Virus record (IMG/VR): IMGVR_UViG_3300031963_000096
Strand: one strand, 5' to 3'
Length of the DNA stretch: 64,000 nucleotides
Source of the DNA: an uncultured virus (IMG/VR IMGVR_UViG_3300031963_000096)
Lineage: Duplodnaviria; Heunggongvirae; Uroviricota; Caudoviricetes
Shown: positions 36,273-46,735 of the stretch, piece by piece
Position numbering within the stretch: position 1 is the first letter of the stretch
Layout of the letters: every line of letters begins with the position of its first letter
The notes under the pieces: generated by a model
Databases searched by the model: none
What the model was told of the DNA's origin: nothing
Seen by the model: only the letters and a program-made list of their open reading frames with translations
Position numbers and translations under genes: made by a program

Positions 36273-36919
36273 TGGCAAAATTTTTTAAATATTTTCCAAA
36301 AACACCATACACATTATCACCAGATAATATTGATTATCTAACCAATATTACATCAAAGGTTTCTTTTGAAAAAGAATTTAGAGACAATTCTGTGGTGTAT
36401 TATGAATATTTAATTTCTGATGGAGAAACACCTGATATTATTGCACATAAAATTTATGGTTCATCTGAAAGGCATTGGATTATATTACTACTAAACGAAA
36501 TTTTAAATCCACAATTTGACTGGCCTTTGAGTGATTCTTCACTTAAAAAATATATTGATGTAAAATATCAATCAGAACAATATGCAAACAACTCAACCGA
36601 AGGTGCAGGAACAAATTGGGCTCAAACAAATATAAAGACCTATTTAAGAGTTGAAACCAAAACAAATACTAAGTTAAATGAAGTTTTGTCCATTGAAAAA
36701 ACATCATTAACTCAAAATGCTTATGCAAATTTAACTTCTTCTTCATCTAATTATACTTTGCAAGATGGTACAGAATTGACGATTGATATAACAAAAGAAT
36801 CTTTAAGTTATTACAATTATGAAGTTGAAGAAAATGAAAATAAGCGTTCAATAAAAATATTAAAACCAGAATTTGTACCTATAGTTGAAAATGAGTTTAC
36901 TGAGGTTTTTAATTCATGA
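36272..36919 (+). CDS. 53: Baseplate wedge gp53 (LysM-like)
   Basis: FFKYFP, GETPDIIAHKIYG...HWIILL.N...P.FDWP, NENKRSIKILKP. Confidence 0.9.
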   Translation: MAKFFKYFPKTPYTLSPDNIDYLTNITSKVSFEKEFRDNSVVYYEYLISDGETPDIIAHKIYGSSERHWIILLLNEILNPQFDWPLSDSSLKKYIDVKYQSEQYANNSTEGAGTNWAQTNIKTYLRVETKTNTKLNEVLSIEKTSLTQNAYANLTSSSSNYTLQDGTELTIDITKESLSYYNYEVEENENKRSIKILKPEFVPIVENEFTEVFNS

Positions 36920-38265
36920 CAGTAAATGTTTCTGATTTTTTAATTAAAGAGTTGTCTTTAGTTTACAAAGAAAAAAAAGTAGATATTTCAGGTATATTTC
37001 AAGAATTAAATATCTACGATAGTATTTTATTACCTTGTATGCATGGCAATATTGTGATTTTAGACGCTAAAGGCCTAACAGATGAATTGTCACTTGATGG
37101 TTCTGAAAATTTAATTGTCAATATTCAAAAAAATGAGTTTGGTAGTGCTAGTGACCCTTTGACATTTACAAAAGTCTTTAGAATTTTCAAACAATCAAAT
37201 AGAAAAAATGTAAACTTAACATCGGAAGCTTACATATTACATTTCATTTCAGATGAATATATTTTATCCGAACAACTTCGTGTAACTCAATCATATGAAA
37301 ATACTTATGGAAATATTGCAACATCTATATTAAAAGAATACTTAAATGTTAATATAGACCGAGAAACAAAAAATGGTGGATTATTTGCAGAAACAATAGG
37401 TATGAGAAAAGTTGTTATACCAAATTTACACCCATTAGATGCGATTGACTGGTGTGCAAAGAGAAGTTTAGATGAAAAAGAATCACCGACATTTTTATTT
37501 TTTGAAAATATAAAAGGATATAACTTTGTAAATCTTGCAAAATTGCTTTTAAATTCACCTGTTGCTAAATTAAATTTTATACCAAAGAATGTTGCATTAG
37601 GTGATAAAGCCGAAGAAACAACTTTTTTTGGTGTAAAGAATTTTAAAGTTTTAACACAGTTTGATTTCTTAAAGAATGTTCAAAATGGAGTTTATGCCGG
37701 TAAATTTATAGGATTTGATCCAATAACCAGAACAATAGCACAAAGAGAAATAAGTTTTGATGACCACTATCACACTATGAAACACGGTAATAAAGTGCCT
37801 AATTTGACCGTTGTTAAAAATAAAAAAGGCAAACAAAATATTGAGATGTTTGATGCTAAACAATCTGTGTATGTTTTTGGATATTATCGAAATGAAAATG
37901 AATACATACAAGAAAACGATCCTGAGTCTTTAAATTTTGTTGATGACCCTTACAAGTATGTCTTTCAAAGAAAAGCAATTATTCAAAATTTTCTAACACA
38001 AAGAGTTCAAGTTTTAATTCCTGGTAATTTTTCAATTACATCAGGTGTGAATGTTGAATTATTAGTTCCAAAACTTGGAGAAAAATTAAAAGATGATGAT
38101 AATTATGATAAAAGTCTTTATGGAAAATATATGGTCATAGCTGCACATCATTGTATAACTCCTACGATACATGAGGTTGTTATCGAGTGCGCTAGTGATT
38201 CTTCTAACAGAGAAGCTGGAGTTATTCGAACAGCAACCGTAGATGATGCGAGGTATTACGCATGA
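36916..38265 (+). CDS. Baseplate hub protein (gp27-like)
   Basis: Position between genes 53 and 5; FLFFEN..GYNF, IPGN...G, YGKYMV...HH. Confidence 0.65.
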   Translation: MTVNVSDFLIKELSLVYKEKKVDISGIFQELNIYDSILLPCMHGNIVILDAKGLTDELSLDGSENLIVNIQKNEFGSASDPLTFTKVFRIFKQSNRKNVNLTSEAYILHFISDEYILSEQLRVTQSYENTYGNIATSILKEYLNVNIDRETKNGGLFAETIGMRKVVIPNLHPLDAIDWCAKRSLDEKESPTFLFFENIKGYNFVNLAKLLLNSPVAKLNFIPKNVALGDKAEETTFFGVKNFKVLTQFDFLKNVQNGVYAGKFIGFDPITRTIAQREISFDDHYHTMKHGNKVPNLTVVKNKKGKQNIEMFDAKQSVYVFGYYRNENEYIQENDPESLNFVDDPYKYVFQRKAIIQNFLTQRVQVLIPGNFSITSGVNVELLVPKLGEKLKDDDNYDKSLYGKYMVIAAHHCITPTIHEVVIECASDSSNREAGVIRTATVDDARYYA

Positions 38266-39314
38266 TAGTTACACAAACTAAAAAGGATTATGGTAATTTT
38301 GACCCGATGAATTGGGTTGGTATTATTGAGAATGCTCACGATCCATTAAACATTGGAATGTACAAGGTGAGAATTATTGGATTACACTCACCAAATATTG
38401 AAGAAAGTCCAGTAGATAACCTTCCATGGGCTCACGCTGTCGTTCCTTTGTCAACAGGAAGTACAACATCGATAGCTCGAGAGGGTGAATGGGTCGTTGG
38501 ATACTTTTTAGATCCCGAAACTTTACAATATCCAATCATCGTAGGTATTCTACCAGGAATACAATCAACAAGTGTAATTAATATTACAAGTTCAGCATCA
38601 AGAAATGGTTCTTCAACATACGGCCAATCAGCAGGATTTGTACCTCAATTAACACAAGAACAAGCAGATAAAACTCCTAAACTTCCTCCTGGTGTGGTAA
38701 CAAGAGCTGACGGCCAACCAACCACATCTCCTTTAGCGAGAGGTGAAATTGCAAACAGTACGATAGCTCTAACAAATAATGCAATTGAACATGTTTGTGA
38801 TTTTAAAAAGAAATTGAGATTTGATATTGCAAAAGAAAAAATGTTAACTTATCAATTTGTACAACAAGCTCGAGAGGCAATAAAACAATTTTTTGCTGGT
38901 CTTTCTAGTGGTCCTATGGGTACGGCTGTTCAAGTAACAATTAGACAAATAAAAGAAGTATTAAAAATGATAAAGAAGGCAGCAGATTTTATAACTGATG
39001 TAGTTAAAGCTACAGCAGATTTCTTAAAGTATTGTAATCAAATTTTGGCATATATTGCTAGTTTACCTGCAAAATTGGCACAGATGTTGAAAAAATGTGT
39101 ACAAGAATTTACAGACGCTTTATCTGAATTATTATCTTTTGACGATCCAAATTCACCATCAGGTTCAATATCACCTTTTGGTGAAATAAAAGATCTTTTT
39201 ATTGAAGTTCAAAATACTGCTCAATCTTTACAGAATGTTGTGAGTGCTACAACTGAAACTGTTGCTCAAGCTCAATCATTAGCATATACTGCTAGATCTT
39301 TTGGAAGAGTATAA
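38262..39314 (+). CDS. 5: gp5 N-terminal OB-fold protein (split gp5, part 1)
   Basis: WVGIIE...DPL.IG..KVRIIG.H, LPWA, GEWVVGYFLD....QYPII.G. Confidence 0.8.
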   Translation: MIVTQTKKDYGNFDPMNWVGIIENAHDPLNIGMYKVRIIGLHSPNIEESPVDNLPWAHAVVPLSTGSTTSIAREGEWVVGYFLDPETLQYPIIVGILPGIQSTSVINITSSASRNGSSTYGQSAGFVPQLTQEQADKTPKLPPGVVTRADGQPTTSPLARGEIANSTIALTNNAIEHVCDFKKKLRFDIAKEKMLTYQFVQQAREAIKQFFAGLSSGPMGTAVQVTIRQIKEVLKMIKKAADFITDVVKATADFLKYCNQILAYIASLPAKLAQMLKKCVQEFTDALSELLSFDDPNSPSGSISPFGEIKDLFIEVQNTAQSLQNVVSATTETVAQAQSLAYTARSFGRV

Positions 39315-40105
39315 TGGCCGTAAACAAACCTGATGGTAATGATTGGACTGAACCAGAATCATCTTTTAAAGGTGAATATCCTTATGCACATGTAACTGAA
39401 ACTGAATCTGGTCATTTGTTTGCATTAGATGACACTAAAGATTCTGAAACAGTTCGTTTAGCACACCGTATAGGAACATTTACAGAAATACAACCAGACG
39501 GTACAAGAATAGATAAAATTGTTGGTGATGGTTATCAAATAGTTGCAAAAAATAATCATGTTTTAATTAAAGGTGTTTGCAACATTACGATTGAAGGTGA
39601 TTCTGTACTTCATGTATTAGGTGATGCAGACATGAAAGTTGATGGCGATGCTTACTCTTTAGTAGAAGGTGATTCAATTACAAAAGTAAAAGGTGATGCA
39701 TCAATTTTTGCTGGCGGAGATTTAGATTTATCAGCTGGCGGTGAATTAGGTACAGTAACAATAAATGCTCCTGATGGCATAAATTTAAATGGAGATGTTA
39801 CTGTAAACGGAATGTTAAATGCTGTGAACAGTATATACGCAGGAGATAACATTCTTGCAGGAAAACAATTGTTTTCATATTTTGGAATACAGACACTTGG
39901 TGGTATAAATTCTGGATTTACATCTGAATCTCCGGTGCCGGCTGGAATAATCACAGCAACAGTACAAGTTGAAGCACCTGGCATTATAGGTTCTGCTTAT
40001 GTAAGAGACTCTGTTGGAACAATGCAAATGATAAGAAACATTTATAACGTACATCGACATCCTGCACCGAAAGGTCCAACAGGAACACCATTTAACCCAA
40101 TGTAA
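39314..40105 (+). CDS. 5: gp5 C-terminal beta-helix/central spike (split gp5, part 2)
   Basis: YPYAHVTETESGH...DDT...HR.GTF.EI.PDG, VxG[DN] repeats, terminal YNVHRH. Confidence 0.8.
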   Translation: MAVNKPDGNDWTEPESSFKGEYPYAHVTETESGHLFALDDTKDSETVRLAHRIGTFTEIQPDGTRIDKIVGDGYQIVAKNNHVLIKGVCNITIEGDSVLHVLGDADMKVDGDAYSLVEGDSITKVKGDASIFAGGDLDLSAGGELGTVTINAPDGINLNGDVTVNGMLNAVNSIYAGDNILAGKQLFSYFGIQTLGGINSGFTSESPVPAGIITATVQVEAPGIIGSAYVRDSVGTMQMIRNIYNVHRHPAPKGPTGTPFNPM

Positions 40106-40107
40106 AT

Positions 40108-42873
40108 ATGGCTTTTATTAAAGATAGATTAACTTTAAATTTTGATACCAGCAAGTTTGGTAGCGGACTGTTTTTAAGTTCTGAATCTCAAAACACTCTA
40201 AACAATTCTCCTAGCGGATTAAGTGAATGGCAAAGAAAAGAAATTGCTAATTCAGCAGTAGGTCTAACAAATTACTATAAAAATCCTGTACTGTCACAAT
40301 GTAATAGACTTTTAGCAAACACTACGAATATAAGAAATTTGTGTTTAGGTGATGTTGCTAACAATTATCCTTTAGCATCAGCACAAATATTAAGTCTTGC
40401 AAACACAGCAAATAATTTAATAATTCAATTAAATGAATTTAAATATCATACTGATAATATTTCTGGTTTGACAGTAACTATCTCTGATTCTGAAGCTGCC
40501 GATACATCTAATATTCCAAACTTTCAAAGTGCAGTAAGTATAGGTGCAGAAGCAACAAGAATTTTATATACAACCGAATCATTTAAAACTACAACTCCAA
40601 TATTAGGTAACTTTACTAGTATTTTTATTGGTGATGAATTAAATGCAAATAGCAATTCTCTTTACAGTAGTTATTCTTCTCTAAGTACTTTAGGGGCTTC
40701 AATCACAAGTACTCAAGTAAATAGTATTATTTCAAATTTGCAATCTGTAAATACTTTTATATACACTCGAAGAACATCAGATTGGAATTTTTTCAAAGAA
40801 GTAAAATCTGTTGTTAATGACTATTACACAGTTTCAAAATTAAACAATTTAGGTAACACAGAAAATTATTTAATAAAAAATTATATTGGTACAGATGCTT
40901 TAAAAGCAAACTTAAATAATGCATCTTCAATAGTACCTACAACAAGTGATATTGCTAACTTTTTTGCAAATACTGAAGCTACTGTAACTCCAGCAACAGT
41001 ATCAACACAACTTACTTCAGCAATAACTGCGGCAACTGAAGCATCTGATTCTGCTGCGTCTGCTTTTGATACTGCTAACGCAGCATACAATACAGCAAAT
41101 ATTAGTCTATCAATTGCAACATCAGCAATTAGTATTGCAAATAATGCTTTAGTGAATGCTTTAAATGCTGTTGATGGTGTTGCACGTTCAAGTGCTTTAG
41201 CTGCTTTTGACCAAGCAAATTCGGCCGCATCTTTAGCAAGTTCTGTACCTTCATTAGGCACTATTGCAACTGATGCTCAAATTTTATCTGCTAGTGCTTT
41301 TTCAAAAGCTAATGCGGCATCTTTTCATGCTGATAGTTCTTACATTCACGCCAACGCTGCTTTTAATACTGCTAACAATGCAACCGATACTTGGGTTCGC
41401 AATGCCGCCAATGCCGCAAGTTCTTACGCTAATGGTGCTTTTGCGGCTGCTAATGCTGCAAATACATTAGCTTTATCTGCATTTAATGCTGCTAATAATT
41501 CAATAGATACTTGGGTTCGCAATGCCGCCAATGCCGCAAGTTCTTACGCTAATGGTGCTTTTGCGGCTGCTAATTCAGCGATAAGTTCTGGTGTTTATGC
41601 CAATGCGGCTTTTGCGGCCGCCAATTCTGCAGCTTCTTCGTCAATAGATTCTTACGCACGAAATCATTCTAATGCTGCTTTCAATTTAGCCAATACAGCA
41701 TCAACAAGTACTGATACATACGTTAGAAATCATGCTAATGCAGCTTTTGAGGCTGCAAATACAAAACTATCTTTAAATGGTGGTTCAATAACAGGTAATC
41801 TAGTAATAACTGGAAATTTAACCGTATCTGGTAATGTAACAACAGTTAGTGCTAATAATCTTGTTGTTAATGATAATATGATTTATCTTAACAATAATAA
41901 TACTGTTTCTAATCCTGATTTAGGCTTTGCTGGTAATTATAATGATGGAACTTATAAACATTCTGGATTATTTCGTGATGCTACTGATGGAATGTGGAAA
42001 TTTTTTGACGGTTATACTCCTGAGCCTGATGCATCCCCTTACATTAATACTTCACATGCCAGTTTTCAACTTGGTACAGTAAATGCTCTTATACAATCTG
42101 TTTCTGTTGTATCTAGAGGTATAGATTTATTAGATCATTCAAATGGCGCTTTTAACACAGCAAATACATCTGACCAAAAAGCTACATCATCTGGAAGTTA
42201 CGCTAACTCATCTTACCTTCATGCTAATTCATCTTATTTTCACGCTAATGCATCTTTTGTTAGAGCAAATACGGCATCAAATACAGCAACTTCAGCTGGT
42301 TCTTATGCTAACGGAGCTTTTGAAACCGCTAACGCAGCTTCTGCTCATGCAACGGGAGCTTTTAGTACTGCAAATTCTAGAGTCTCATCTGTTGCAATAT
42401 CAGGAACAAATATAACGGTATCAGGAAGTCCTATAACTTCATCAGGAACAATAACACTATCTATACCTCAAGCAATAGATACAACATCATCAGTTCGTTT
42501 TTTAAGTTTAGGTATTGGAACAAATGCAAGTGGTACAACAGGAGAAATAAGAGCTACAAATGACATAACTGCTTTTTATTCAGATGATAGATTAAAGGTT
42601 CGTTTAGGATTAATTGAAAATGCTTTAGATAAATTAAACACTCTATCAGCATTTTATTATGAGCCTAATGATGTAGCTCAAAAATTAGGATATGAGAAAA
42701 AGAAATATGTTGGTTTATCAGCTCAAGAAGTGCAAAAAATATTGCCAGAAGTTATTAGAGAAGCACCAATTAGTTCTGAGTATCTAACAATTCAATATCA
42801 CAATATGATACCTTTATTAGTTGCTGCTATAAAAGAGTTAAAAGAAGAAATTGATAATTTGAAAAGTAGATAA
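40108..42873 (+). CDS. Tail fibre protein with Ala/Asn-rich repeats and C-terminal S74-type intramolecular chaperone
   Basis: HANAAF/ANAA repeats; AFYSDDRLK...GLSAQEV..ILPE...LLVAAIKEL. Confidence 0.8.
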   Translation: MAFIKDRLTLNFDTSKFGSGLFLSSESQNTLNNSPSGLSEWQRKEIANSAVGLTNYYKNPVLSQCNRLLANTTNIRNLCLGDVANNYPLASAQILSLANTANNLIIQLNEFKYHTDNISGLTVTISDSEAADTSNIPNFQSAVSIGAEATRILYTTESFKTTTPILGNFTSIFIGDELNANSNSLYSSYSSLSTLGASITSTQVNSIISNLQSVNTFIYTRRTSDWNFFKEVKSVVNDYYTVSKLNNLGNTENYLIKNYIGTDALKANLNNASSIVPTTSDIANFFANTEATVTPATVSTQLTSAITAATEASDSAASAFDTANAAYNTANISLSIATSAISIANNALVNALNAVDGVARSSALAAFDQANSAASLASSVPSLGTIATDAQILSASAFSKANAASFHADSSYIHANAAFNTANNATDTWVRNAANAASSYANGAFAAANAANTLALSAFNAANNSIDTWVRNAANAASSYANGAFAAANSAISSGVYANAAFAAANSAASSSIDSYARNHSNAAFNLANTASTSTDTYVRNHANAAFEAANTKLSLNGGSITGNLVITGNLTVSGNVTTVSANNLVVNDNMIYLNNNNTVSNPDLGFAGNYNDGTYKHSGLFRDATDGMWKFFDGYTPEPDASPYINTSHASFQLGTVNALIQSVSVVSRGIDLLDHSNGAFNTANTSDQKATSSGSYANSSYLHANSSYFHANASFVRANTASNTATSAGSYANGAFETANAASAHATGAFSTANSRVSSVAISGTNITVSGSPITSSGTITLSIPQAIDTTSSVRFLSLGIGTNASGTTGEIRATNDITAFYSDDRLKVRLGLIENALDKLNTLSAFYYEPNDVAQKLGYEKKKYVGLSAQEVQKILPEVIREAPISSEYLTIQYHNMIPLLVAAIKELKEEIDNLKSR
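41386..41574 (+). repeat. Exact 69-nt direct repeat, period 120 nt
   Basis: gatacttgggttcgc...gcggctgctaat at 41386-41454 and 41506-41574. Confidence 0.9.
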
Positions 42874-43950
42874 ATGCCTTTACAGTCATCTGGCCAAATA
42901 TCAATGTCGCAGATCAATACTGAGCTTGGTCAATCCTCTTCAGCCCAAATTTCTTTAGGATCAGCTACCGTTAGATCACTTTTGGGTGTTTCAAGTGGTG
43001 CAATTTCTTTAAGTAATGCATATGGCAAATCATCAAGTTTTTCTGCGCCAGCTGTTACAAGTAGTTTGACAAATGTGAACTTACGAACTTTACTTTTATC
43101 TCAGGGTTGGGATGGCACATCAGCAGTAATATTTACAGTTAACGCTGGAGTTTACATTTATTCAACATCAACAGGAACACCAGCTTTAACTATTAGCGGT
43201 TCTTGGCCAGGTGGTCTTTCAATAGTTAATAATGGATTTATAATTGGTTGTGGTGGTCAAGGTGCAAGTTTCAGTTCAATTCCTGCTTCTCATCTTCCTG
43301 GAAGTCCTGGAGGAGATGCCATTTCCACAAGTACAAATCTTACAATTACAAACAATGGTTATATTTGTGGCGGTGGTGGAGGTGGCGGTGGATCTTCATT
43401 AGGTACATTAAGTGGAGGGGATGTAATATTCATAGCTGCTCTTGGCGGCGGCGGAGGCGCCGGAGGAGGTAGTGGTGGAAATACTGTTAGAGGACCCAGC
43501 ACAGTAACATTTACGGGTGGAGCTGGAGGAGGTATTGGCGCCGCAGGATCAAACGGCCAGGGTGCAACTGATTTTCAGAATACTGGTACAGCTGGCGGCG
43601 GCGGAGGCCGAGTTCTTCCAGGTAGTGGTGGTGTTTATTCTGCCTACGGCGGCCAAGGCGGTGGAGCCGGTGGAGCAGGAGGTGACGGAACTAGAATCCT
43701 TTCAAACAATTTTGGCGGAGGTTTTCCTGCCGGCAATATGGGATCGGGTGGTGGAGGAGGTTGGGGAGCTTCTGGAGGTAACGGAGGAAGTGCAACTCCA
43801 GCCGGATCAGGAGGAAGTTCTAACAATGCAGGCGGCAGCGGAGCTGGAAATATCACAGGATCAGGTGGTGCCGGTGGTCGTGCAATAAGACTTAATGGCA
43901 ATTCTGTTACTTGGACGAATTTTGGTACAACTTGGGGTTCTGTAAGTTAA
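42874..43950 (+). CDS. Glycine-rich receptor-binding adhesin (T2/S16 gp38-like)
   Basis: IVNNGFIIGCGG, NNGYICGGGGGGG, repeated GGGGG..GGG motifs, terminal GGAGGRAI...W...G..WG; follows the fibre gene. Confidence 0.75.
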   Translation: MPLQSSGQISMSQINTELGQSSSAQISLGSATVRSLLGVSSGAISLSNAYGKSSSFSAPAVTSSLTNVNLRTLLLSQGWDGTSAVIFTVNAGVYIYSTSTGTPALTISGSWPGGLSIVNNGFIIGCGGQGASFSSIPASHLPGSPGGDAISTSTNLTITNNGYICGGGGGGGGSSLGTLSGGDVIFIAALGGGGGAGGGSGGNTVRGPSTVTFTGGAGGGIGAAGSNGQGATDFQNTGTAGGGGGRVLPGSGGVYSAYGGQGGGAGGAGGDGTRILSNNFGGGFPAGNMGSGGGGGWGASGGNGGSATPAGSGGSSNNAGGSGAGNITGSGGAGGRAIRLNGNSVTWTNFGTTWGSVS

Positions 43951-43963
43951 ATTTTTGGAGAAA

Positions 43964-44221
43964 ATGATGAAGTATGGAGTTTTTAATCCTTTAAATGGAG
44001 AAACAACTTTACTGGATAGTAAAGAAGAAGCTATGCAACTTTTTTGGATTAGAATGATACAGTTAACTTTACCTCATTTTCACAATACTCCTTATATGAC
44101 AATTATTAAAAATGAAGATGGTTCCGAAACTTGGAAAAATATTAATGACCAAGAAATAGATAAACCTTTATCATATGAAGAATTGTCAAATTTATATTTG
44201 CGGTCAATAAACAACACGTAA
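43964..44221 (+). CDS. Small hypothetical protein (possible fibre assembly factor)
   Basis: GGAG RBS; follows adhesin gene. Confidence 0.5.
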   Translation: MMKYGVFNPLNGETTLLDSKEEAMQLFWIRMIQLTLPHFHNTPYMTIIKNEDGSETWKNINDQEIDKPLSYEELSNLYLRSINNT

Positions 44222-44258
44222 GTAAATAAAAAGTTTTAAATATAAACATAAATAACCG

Positions 44259-44663
44259 ATGGCTACCGTAACAACAAAAACAACAAGACAATATAAAGAC
44301 TTAGACTTGTCTTTTAATGTTCATCCTGTTCGTAAAGATATAAACAAACATATTGACGAACAGGCAGTTATAAATTCATTAAAAAATATAATTTTAACAA
44401 ATCATTATGAACGACCTTTTGAACCAGATTTTGGATCAAATATCCGATCAATGTTATTTGAAAATTTAGATTCAATAACAGCAATAACTTTAGAACGAGA
44501 GATATTACAGACTATTGAAAATTTTGAGCCTAGGGTAAGTGTGACCAAAGTAACTGCAATACCTGATTATGACAATAACGGATATAATATAAAATTAGAT
44601 TTTTTAGTAATTAACTTAACGAACCCAATAACAATTCAATTCTTTTTACAAAGAGTAAGATAA
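44259..44663 (+). CDS. 25: Baseplate wedge gp25
   Basis: YKDLDLSF..HP, NIILT..ERPF.P.FGS, FEPRV. Confidence 0.93.
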   Translation: MATVTTKTTRQYKDLDLSFNVHPVRKDINKHIDEQAVINSLKNIILTNHYERPFEPDFGSNIRSMLFENLDSITAITLEREILQTIENFEPRVSVTKVTAIPDYDNNGYNIKLDFLVINLTNPITIQFFLQRVR

Positions 44664-46735
44664 TGGCTGATCGCTTAAATGTAACCGAGTTAGATTTTGA
44701 TACCATCAAATCAAACTTAAAAACTTTTCTAAAACAACAATCAGAATTTTCAGACTACGATTTTGAGGGAGCCGGTCTTTCGGTATTGTTAGATATTCTG
44801 GCGTATAATACCCATTACAATGCATATTATATGAATATGCTGGCAAATGAATCTTTTTTAGACTCCGCCATTCTCCGAAATTCTGTAGTATCCCATGCGA
44901 AAAAATATGGGTACACTCCAAGGTCTACTAGATCTCCAATAGCAAAAATTAATTTTACTGTCAATTCACAATCATCAACACCAGGATCTTTAACATTACC
45001 TAAAGGTTATATGTTTGTTTCTAATTTGATTGATAGTCGTTCTTATAATTTTATAACATTAGATGATGTAACTGTATCAAAAACTGGTAATAATTTTGTT
45101 TTCAATAGCGTGTCAATTTATGAAGGCACACTTGTTAATTATAGTTACACCCATAGTCAAGCAACAAACCCAAAACAGATTTTTTTAATTCCAGATGAAA
45201 ATATTGACACTACAACATTAAAAGTTACTGTACGCCAATCTTCTTCTAATTTAAACTCAGTAGTTTATAATTTAAATACAGATGCTCTGACGATAGATCC
45301 TACATCAACAGTTTATTACTTGCAAGAAGGCCAAAATGGTAAATATGAAATTTATTTTGGTGATGATATTTTAGGTAAAAAAATTCCTGATGGTGGTGTG
45401 GTCACTTTAAATTACTTAGTAACAAATGGTAGTCTTTCAAATAAAGCAAATAATTTTATTGCTACTACACCAATAGAATCGTTTACTAATTTTACTGTTT
45501 CTTCAGTATCATCAGCTTCTGGAGGATCAGAAAAAGAAAGTGTTGATCAAATTAAATTTGCAGCACCTCTACAATTTACTTCACAGAATCGTGCAGTAAC
45601 AAAAAATGATTATATCAAATTAATTCAACAAAAATACCCACAATTTGAAGCTGTTACAGTTTGGGGTGGAGAAGAAAATGAACCACCAGTTTATGGTAAA
45701 GTTTTTATCGCAGCAAAACCTCGATTAGGTTTTGAAATAACTGATGCACAAAAAGAATTTGTAAAAGAAGAAATTATAAAACCAATTAGTGTTTTAACAG
45801 TTACACCAGAAATTGTAGATGTTGACTATAATTATTTAAAATTAATATCAAAAGTTTATTATGATCCAACAAAAACTATTAGTAATGTAAATAATTTAAA
45901 AACAAGTATTGAAACAAAAATAACAAATTTTTGTGAAGATAATTTAAATACTTTTAATTCTATTTTTAGGTCATCTTTACTTAAAACTGAAATTGATAAT
46001 TTAGATAGTTCAATTATTTCAAATGAAATTGAATTATTTTTAACTAAAAAATTTAGACCTGATTTAATAAATTCAAATAGTTATATTTTAGATTATGGAG
46101 TAGCTTTAGATAAAGGTACAACTCTTGATAATTTATATTCTAACCCTGAATTCACAATGTTAGATGAAGATGGAATACAAAGACAATGTTTCTTTGAAGA
46201 AGTACCTTCATCATTTACTGGTGTAGAATCTATTACTGTAACAAATCCAGGTATAGAATTTTCTACTACACCAACAATAGAAATAGTTGGTGATGGTGAA
46301 GGTGCAATAGCTTCAGCAACAATTGTAAATGGAAAACTATCAAAAATAACAGTAATTAATCCAGGCGTTGGTTATACTACGGCTACTGTTCGCATTACTG
46401 GAGGTGGTGGAAAGTTAGCTGCAGCTTCTGCTGTTTTAGAAGGTAGATTTGGACAGTTAAGAATAGTTTATTACAAACCAGATGAAGTTACAAATGAAAA
46501 CACAAAAGTAATTTTAAATTCAGGAAGAAATAACGGTGTCATGGGATCGATTGATTATTTTTTAGGTAAGATTTATATTAACGAATTTAACCCTCTGGCT
46601 GTTGCAAATGCTTTTGGAGAAATATCAGTTAACATTCGACCAAAAATAACGGTCATTTCATCTGTTAGAAATAAAATGTTAGCTTTTGATTCTGAAGATC
46701 CTACTAGTATTGTCGTAGAAGTTTATAAAGTATAA
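44663..46735 (+). CDS. 6: Baseplate wedge gp6
   Basis: ELDFD.IK, DYDFEG.GL..LLDILAYNTHY, ESFLDSA..R.SVVS.AK..GY, QNRAVT..DY. Confidence 0.93.
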   Translation: MADRLNVTELDFDTIKSNLKTFLKQQSEFSDYDFEGAGLSVLLDILAYNTHYNAYYMNMLANESFLDSAILRNSVVSHAKKYGYTPRSTRSPIAKINFTVNSQSSTPGSLTLPKGYMFVSNLIDSRSYNFITLDDVTVSKTGNNFVFNSVSIYEGTLVNYSYTHSQATNPKQIFLIPDENIDTTTLKVTVRQSSSNLNSVVYNLNTDALTIDPTSTVYYLQEGQNGKYEIYFGDDILGKKIPDGGVVTLNYLVTNGSLSNKANNFIATTPIESFTNFTVSSVSSASGGSEKESVDQIKFAAPLQFTSQNRAVTKNDYIKLIQQKYPQFEAVTVWGGEENEPPVYGKVFIAAKPRLGFEITDAQKEFVKEEIIKPISVLTVTPEIVDVDYNYLKLISKVYYDPTKTISNVNNLKTSIETKITNFCEDNLNTFNSIFRSSLLKTEIDNLDSSIISNEIELFLTKKFRPDLINSNSYILDYGVALDKGTTLDNLYSNPEFTMLDEDGIQRQCFFEEVPSSFTGVESITVTNPGIEFSTTPTIEIVGDGEGAIASATIVNGKLSKITVINPGVGYTTATVRITGGGGKLAAASAVLEGRFGQLRIVYYKPDEVTNENTKVILNSGRNNGVMGSIDYFLGKIYINEFNPLAVANAFGEISVNIRPKITVISSVRNKMLAFDSEDPTSIVVEVYKV

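Noticed and set aside
41386..41574. CRISPR array or DGR template/variable repeat pair
   Set aside because: Two exact in-frame copies inside a repetitive fibre gene, no adenine-specific mismatches, no spacers, and no reverse transcriptase or cas genes in the window.
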